From assembly GCA_000708835.1 (NCBI GenBank), contig DF237213.1, positions 37,585-77,181 on the forward strand: a stretch of 39,597 nucleotides of DNA, given 5' to 3'. Below are positions 32,138 through 39,597 of this stretch, one piece after another. Both the position numbers and the translations under genes were made by a program. Below the pieces are notes generated by a model that worked only from the letters and a program-made list of their open reading frames with translations, was not told the DNA's origin and ran no database searches. How positions within the stretch are numbered: the first letter of the stretch is position 1; each line of letters starts with the position of its first letter. Source of the DNA: Klebsormidium nitens. Taxonomy: Eukaryota > Plantae > Klebsormidiophyceae.

Positions 32138-35046
32138 ATGGCTTCAGCGGCGTGCCTTGTGGTTTCAGCTCCTGTGGCAGGCTGTAGTATGACATTGGAC
32201 AGGCAGAACCTTACAAAATGTGAGGTGCGGGGCCTGCATCCATGCAATACGGTAGCGTCCAGCGCCCTCCGGAGTCACCCGTCCTTGCTTCCCTTTGAGG
32301 GTCCTCTGGCCCTTGTACAGTCCCTGCTGGTGCAGTCAAGAAAGCTTGGCAAGAGCGCACCACGCGCACTCCGGCAAGCATACAAATGCTGCTCAGGTGG
32401 TGAATATAATACCTCCTCAAAAACAAAGCCCCGAATAGGAGAATCTAATCCTCAAAAGAGAGAAGCAGCTATGGGTACAGCCAGGTTGCCCGATGATGTG
32501 GCCCAAAATGTGTATGCTAAAGGGGAAGAAGGTGTCCATCTTCATCGCCGAACAATTTCTGTTTCGCTGGGCGCTGCTGTCAGCAGCATTCTTGCAATTG
32601 GGTCTACACTGGAAGGTGCTGCAGCGACTTCAGAGGGTGACCAGAAAACGAGGCAGGGTGGCGCCACTACCGACAAGGGCAGTAAGAAAGCCAATGTGTT
32701 TGAGCTGGAGGGCGGGATCAAAGCTCTGGACGTGCGGATAGGCACTGGGCCAAATCCCAAGGAGGGGGACAAAGTGAGCACAGCCAGCCCTGTTGCTTGG
32801 TGGCAGTACTAGCAAAAGCACAGCCTCTTTGACAGCAAAAAGCTGCACCTCAGGGACAGAGTTGACAGCGTTTTGAAGTCACTTCTGTCGTGTGATTTTC
32901 AAGCTTCGACCCTGTAAAGTTCCTCCTGGTGGTTGAGCAAATGATATGCCCCAGAGTACTTCTAGCCTGTCGGATTTATTCCTTGCGGCTAGCATGTTCA
33001 ATTGAATCTCAGATGATTTCTATTCCTCAAGGCCCTCACCTGGCCCTCACCTGAGACCTTTCGTCTGCAGATTGCCATCCATTATTATGGCCGTCTTGGC
33101 GCCAAGCAAGGCTGGCGATTTGACTCGTCATATGAGCACAAGGACCTGTTTGGAGTTCCAGAACCATACGTTTTCACCATTGGATCGGGGCAGGTGCGCT
33201 TTCTGGATGACAATTTCCGCTTTGGGCTGGAATGCCAGTAAGAGCGAGACAATCATGGCATCCTTGCTACATCATCTGACGATTTGCTGAAACTCTTTTC
33301 TGGAGTATGCTCAAAAGTTGGTGATCACATGAGAGACATCGATCCACTGCTGCTTAGATGTGAGGTGCTTTCTTGAAAATGAGAGTCAAGGAGTACCACG
33401 GGCGTCCTTTCCCCGCTGGCCAGAAGTAGTTTTCCAGACAACGTCAAAGACGATCTTGAGTGGCTGCCGCACAGATAATGTCTGCTCGGACTTTCAGTAT
33501 ATCATAGCTTTTAGACCATCACAGATACTGCTCTTATGACAGAATGTCTTGAAAGGCCTGCATCGCAAAGCAATAAGATGTCGGGTTATTCTAGCCAGAA
33601 AAATGGAACTCACATGGCTGCGGTTTGATGATTGAGGAAGGATATCGTGCATGGTTGGTCGGCTGTGAAAGACGAGGTGCATCCCAACACTCAGTTTGAA
33701 TCTAGCATGGCCACCTTTCACGACCTTGAAAGTGAATCAAGTCTTCTGAATCTTTTGGTTGGTTTTCAACAGTTACTGACTTCCTCGCTTGCAACGGTTC
33801 TCTCATGGCTAGTAGCCGAAGACCCAATTGCCCACCATTTGTCCTTATTTATCACTAAGGGCGCGAGCTCTTCTTAACCAGGGATGAAATGCAATGCGGG
33901 CAGACAACCGTTTGAAGGGCTGCCAGTCTCGACGGTTCTGGCAACCACAGGCGGTAGAGACTGATCAACTCGACTGTAGAAAATCATTAGTAGCTCATGT
34001 TACCATGCAGGTCATTGCTGGCATTGACACCGCGGTTCGGAGCATGCGAGTGGGCGGCATCAGGAGGGTCGTAATTCCGCCCGACCAGGGCTACCAGAAC
34101 AAGGAACAAGGACCAGTGCCGCCAGACGTAAGGACGCCCTGCAAAGCAACAGAACTCGCTAGATAATCACTTGGGTCCTGGATCAAATTCACGAAACGTC
34201 TGATAACCTGAAGTGCCTCAAATGAGTCGCCGCGGTCGGCCTGTTGGAAAAACCTGCCACGCCTTCTTTCATCTGGAGAAGCCCCAGTTGGTCCTTCTGG
34301 CTTGAAATTTTGCAACCCGCAAGTTTTGTTGCCACAAGGCTTACGCTTAGTCTTGCAGGTTCAATGAGAGGGCTCTGTGAACTTCTGTGAGACAACCTCT
34401 TTGGAAGGTAGTTGGTCAGGTTACATATGCTTAAACGTCCCTGTGTTCTTCGAATGGCACAATTGCTGATGCTTATTGACCCATGCGCTAAGCAGGTTGC
34501 AGTATCGCCCATTGGCGCACATTTGCATAGCACCTAGCTGACTATTCGACATCTTCAATTTGAGCGTTACGAAAAAGCTGACAATGCTCCTCGAGCTTCG
34601 ATCCGCCACTTCTTAGTTTGAGACGGAAACTCTTCCCCCATTTTTTGGTATGCGAACAGGGGCAGCAGGCTGGTCAATCCTGTTTTGGTCAAAACTGCTG
34701 CGGTTCTTGAAGTCCATGACACAGCCACATCAGACCGTCAGCTCTATTTGTTTTGTATATTATCGTTTGCCACAAGCTGGTAATCAGTCGTTTTTACTTT
34801 TGACTGCGCGGCAAAGTCAGAAGGGTCGCGCACTTATGGTCTAGGGCGCAGTAGAGTCGAGTATATGAGTTACATGATGCTCTTTGTTCGAACAGCGAAG
34901 GCCATTTCTCTTATTGTCTTCTGCAGTTCTTTGATCGGCAACGACTTTACACGACCATCTTCAACCCAACAAGGCTAGCAAACGGGGAGGGAGCAACTCT
35001 AGGAACGGTTATCTTCGACCTCGAGCTCGTCCGGATACAGTCGTGA
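32138..35046 (+). CDS. FKBP17-1: Thylakoid-lumen FKBP-type peptidyl-prolyl isomerase, FKBP17-1 type, ~331 aa, 4 exons
   Basis: Exons 32138-32773, 33071-33193, 34011-34127, 34927-35046. It has a bipartite transit peptide with twin-Arg RRTISVSLGAAVSSILAIGSTLEGAAA, then IAIHYYGRLGAKQGWRFDSSYEH, GIRRVVIPPDQGY and FFDRQRLYTTIFNPTRLANGEGATLGTVIFDLEL. Confidence 0.93.
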
Positions 35047-36603
35047 GGAAAGAACAACTGATCGACTTGTATGCAGAACCCGGGTGGACACCAAACGACT
35101 GGCTGCAGTGTTTGTGCAGATTTCTTCAGCAGCATATAGGCCTGAGGGTCGGAGCATACAGATAAGTTTGCAGTAGATTGATTGCTTAGTAAGCAGAGCT
35201 AGAACTTACCTAAGATGACGTACATAAAATGCTCTGATGTGTTGAAATAGCTGAGTGCGGTACGGTGCGTCAAGACCGAGCCGCCTGATAAGCCGAACGA
35301 ACAGAGTTGCAACATCATGCAGCTTCTCAGGCGTGTACTAACCGCACTCAGTAGAGAAGGTTGATGCTTATTCTTTTAGAGCTTCTCGACCGACTTGAGA
35401 GGAACACGGGCGCGGAAAAAGTAATCTGTATGTCAAGCTCAGTGCATGCGCAATTCCGATTTTCTAGCCTATGAGACCTGCGAGCCTCCGTATGCATACT
35501 GTTGGATTTCCAATTTTTGAATTTGATAGCTGATATCGCAATGTGCATCGGGCGGCACATAAGCTCATGCATGGTTACTATACAAAAGACGAGCACACAT
35601 ATGTCGTCGATGTTCGCCGGATTTTAAAGACTTCAAGAAAGCTGATATCAATGCTCTATTGACTTAAGCTCATGTCCTCATTTAGTACCGTTTATGACTG
35701 AAGGCCGGGGATACAACATGCTTTAAGCTGTGCTGAGCTGAGTGATGATCGTTGATCGAGCACTATATAGCTAGGTATTACAATCCAATGTGCATCTTCG
35801 CGACTTGCATGCACATGCACATGCACTCTTCTTTGCCTCGAGGAACAACGAGCTCATAGTCTCATACTATCACTTACCTCGCATGGGCCTCGCATGCATG
35901 GACCGGGAGGGGTCCGTGGCAAATTAGCGAGCGCGGCGCTGGCGAGCACGACTTAATAACACTATCTATTGTAGTACGGTATAAGCTAGTAGCAGAGTAG
36001 TAGAATCCAACCAGTTTAAGCTCTGAGTCTGAGGGTCCATGCATGGATCTGCAATTAAGCTACAGAAGCCTACCGCCGTAGAGCCGTAAGTATAGGTAGT
36101 GGACTGTTCATCATGCCGCAGTGCTTCAATCTATCAATCGGAGTCGATGATCTATCAGATTGCAGTACTACGAAGTTCGAACCCTTCTCTGCCAAACTTG
36201 GTTTCGGCCGGCCGTGTACTGCAAAGTTGGATCTATCGGACGGCTGAGAACAGGATTTGGCCGGTGCTGACTACACGCCACCTGTCCAATCATTGATGCG
36301 TTCGATGGGATCCCCCGGGAGCAACGTCAGAGCAAATTGAAGCACGGAACTACAGACCGGTAGCTACCGGTACAGCAGTGTGCACCGGCAGTCCTGCTGA
36401 GCTGTGTCACTGTGTCACAGATTGTCAAGATGTCGTTTCTCTCGATGCACACTGCACAGCACAGGGTGTACCTATTCTTGCAGACTGCACAGCACAGATC
36501 TTGCAGACTCCAGCATTCCAGCTTCTACCGGTATTTCTGCAGCGAATCACAACTTTCTAAAACAGGAAAGGACAGTTCTTGAAGCGCTCGCGGCTCACCC
36601 GAC

Positions 36604-39068
36604 ATGGCAATCGATAGGAACGCCGTCGTTTCCGGTGCGAGACACCACCTGGCAATAGCTTTGAGCTTTGCCTTTTTCCTGGTTGCAAGTCCCCTCTGCT
36701 CTGCCAGCCAGGACCCGGCTCTCTGCCCTTTCGAGCTGGGTTACAGTCCCACATTCAATGAGGATGGCACACAGCTTTCCTGCAACAAAGGTGAGGGTTT
36801 TTTGCGCAGTGTTCTGCTCTGCCTATGTTTATATGCTTAGCCATTTTGCGGGAGGGCATAAAGTCTCGCAGCTTATGCCGTTGTCGTCGGAGGTCAACAA
36901 TGCCGAACTGCTTCTTGATGGAAAAGGGAACTAGATTCTGGCGGGCGCTGTGTCTGTTGCGGACCATCAAGATTGTGTGCAGTATCGGAAAAAGGAAAAG
37001 GCATATCCAAGTACCACTTCTTTGGATTGGGGTAAAAGTATTGTTCAGGAACCTGAATTGCATACAATTCTTCTGTGAATCTCTCTACTTCTCTTGCCGC
37101 TCGTTTAGATTGTCTGCTTTGTTGCAAGTCTTCTGAATATCAAGCAGGCTGCTCAGCTGCAGAATCCCTTAGGCTCCGCGCCTTACCACCGTTTCAAGCT
37201 TTCAAGTTGTGACTTTATCGCTGTTCATATTCTTGAGTTCTTTGTAAAGAAGATGTTTGAAAAGGTGCCTCGTGCTGCCTTTGCTAGATGTCAGACCGTT
37301 CTGCACGCCCAATTGGTTTCATCCTATTGCATCCTGTTGGCTTGACCTCCATAGCAGAATATGGAGGTCAAGCCAACCCTCGAGCAATATTGCGCTAAAA
37401 TTCCTCAACGACAGCATGTGAACCAGCTTCTCAATCGAATGATGTTGCCCAAAACATCTGCCCCTGATGTTCAGTGTACCTGATACTTAAAAAGACTCCG
37501 CACTCAATTGTCGAAGGATTCTGAGATTTACAATGGCCAAGCAGGATGCAAAGATCAAGAATCGGAGGAACAGAAATTCTGGACTCCGGACTGGTGAAAT
37601 TTGGGAAACTTCTGCAATGTTGGTGTTATATCCACATCTCACCGTCATCAAGGATTCTTTCTTGTCACCTCAACATATCTTTGATGATACATTCCATGCA
37701 AATCCTAAACCTGGTTTGCATCTCAAGGCATTCTCTCAGCCAGGCCCCCTCACAACCCCTTTCCCTCCTTCAATTGTTCGCCAACAGCCACATGGATTTG
37801 GTTATCAGAGTAAAAGTACTTGATTATCACTCTTTCCTTCTCTGTTTGTAACTTCCACAATCTCCAATCAAAACCTGTGACAACAAATCACCGTGTGTCC
37901 AAAAAGCTCACGTCTTTCTCCTTTCTGACTATCTCAATTGCAAATTTCTTGCTGGCAGTTATTCTCATTCTATCATTCTTGCTACTTTACCTTGCGCAGG
38001 TTCTGAGTCCTTCCTTGTGGACCCCGATGGCACCAATGCTATCGCGCTACGCAATGTCGGCACGAGCGTGAAGCAGCTCTCATACGGTGCCCTGATGCTC
38101 TCTCAGGAGCTCTTCTGCGAGTACACTGATCCGAATGCTGTCTTTTACCTGCCTGATGGAACCCCAACTAAGGATGGAGACCCTGCCCTAGGGGCCTTCC
38201 TGTTCTCCTTCAAGTTTCCCCCAGGAGTCGATGTCAACGGAGTCTTTGCCGTGAGCAATTCATCAACATGCGATTTATTATATCTGTGTGATGTTCCTGA
38301 AGGCAGATTCTTCCTGCAAACCAGGCCTGTTCTTGATCTGCTGGATCCGAGTAGCATTTTTCCGTTCTGGATCTCATTCGTGGTTCGTCTTTCTTGTCCA
38401 GCTCATTAGCTCTATGGTGATGACTAAGATAATCGCCCTCTGCAATTTCTCCGGTGGGTTCTTGGATGATAGTTCAGTGCTTGAATGAGAAGGTCCTGGG
38501 ACAGTTTGGCAAAAGTTCCTGGACTCTTGTCGATGTTGGGGATTTCCTCAACCCAAGGAACAGCCTGTCAACAATATCCGAACATGGGATTCAGTTCTTG
38601 CCAGTGGTCTGCAAGCCGGTGTCTCACATTAGTTTGGCACCGGTCTTGTGGGCTTTACCATGCACAACCCGTGGTCATAGTCAAACAATGTTGCATGCTA
38701 GTTTTCATCCTGAAGACGTCGCCCAAGACAGGCAACGTCGGGCCTGCTTCGCCGAGTCTGCAATGGAAGCGCACTTCTGAGCGACTATGGCAGAAGGCTT
38801 CTTTGGAAAGGCCTAAACAAAGCCCCGACAGTCGATGACTCGTACTTTTTTGAGGCCCAGCCCGAGCCACTGTCCTCCTCCATGTATGCAGGTCTCCAAC
38901 TTTCAGTACCTAGGTGGCTCTCCTCCCAGGGTGCACGTGGACTGGTGGATGTTCACCCTCAACTTTGACGTCCGCTTTGACACCATTTTTCGTTATGACA
39001 GCGATGAAGAAAGCGACGAGGCTAAGTGGAAGCAATACATTTCTGTATCAACGGTCATACCAAAGTGA
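36604..39068 (+). CDS. Uncharacterised secreted protein with an N-terminal TolB/PD40-like repeat; exon structure only partly resolved
   Basis: Exon 36604-36790 has a signal peptide (LAIALSFAFFLVASPLCSA). It joins in phase 1 to an exon starting at 38000, giving GYSPTFNEDGTQLSCNKGSESFLVDPDGTNAIAL. A probable last exon is 38891-39068 (ATGCAG acceptor, ends TGA). The middle exons (38350-38890) are uncertain. Confidence 0.45.
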
Positions 39069-39597
39069 AGGAAGATGATAGGAGTTGTATATGTTAACAC
39101 TGCCTGGCGAGAGTTGCCGTGGGGAATACCGATAGTTCCGGCCGGTTTTGAGTAGGTAAACTTAGTCAAGGAGTGGATATTACTTTCGAAAGCCAATGAC
39201 AATAGCCATGTTGCTGCCCTGCTTGCGATAGTCAACAAGTTGAATCACACGGCTAGAGACGGTCGCGCTTTTTAATAAAGGATGCAAAATCTCTAGCTAC
39301 GATCAGAAAAGCGCAACGTGTCAAAAATAATGTTTTGCTGGCAAGAATTCTAAGCTTCAGAGCGTATATGGTAGAAGCGAGTCACATCAGACATTAGGTA
39401 AGGAGTTAAGCACTGAGGCGATCGCATGGCCCGAAGGTTGCTGCTATCACTGAGCCAGCTAAAGCACATGCATGCGCTTAATATATATTTGCTAAGCTTG
39501 TATAGCGGAGGATTTTCGAGGATTAGTATGCATGTCATATAATGAACAAGCCTGCAGTTGAAGCGGTTTCCCCCAAGTATTCCCCAATTAGCGTCCT

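Noticed and set aside
33031-33053. Short tandem duplications (GGCCCTCACCT x2; also (ATGCAC)n near 35809-35826 and ACTGCACAGCACAG x2 near 36451-36497)
   Set aside because: Ordinary slippage-type micro-duplications with no evidence of function.

Overview
Eukaryotic nuclear DNA from a compact, gene-dense, intron-containing (GT-AG) genome of the green plant lineage. Plant-type PHT4;6, KEA4-6 and thylakoid FKBP17-1 genes occur together with a cilium-type ZBBX-like gene, which points to a flagellate-retaining streptophyte alga such as Klebsormidium (inference, not proven). About ten protein-coding genes were assembled by hand from splice sites and reading-frame phase; there is one 948-nt assembly gap, and no rRNA, tRNA or CRISPR array was seen. 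Highlights: (1) a predicted ~2,378-aa protein combining an FMRP/FXR-like KH0-KH1-KH2 module, ~15 GW/WG (Argonaute-hook-like) motifs and two tandem PAM2-like motifs, i.e. a candidate GW182-like silencing scaffold in a lineage with no recognised GW182; (2) a 7-exon lipid A disaccharide synthase (LpxB) that looks cyanobacterial and carries a plastid-transit-peptide-like extension, suggesting plastid lipid A-type synthesis; (3) two same-strand genes only 71 nt apart (candidate bicistron); (4) two back-to-back foldback elements in a divergent promoter region; (5) intergenic blocks strongly enriched in short palindromes.
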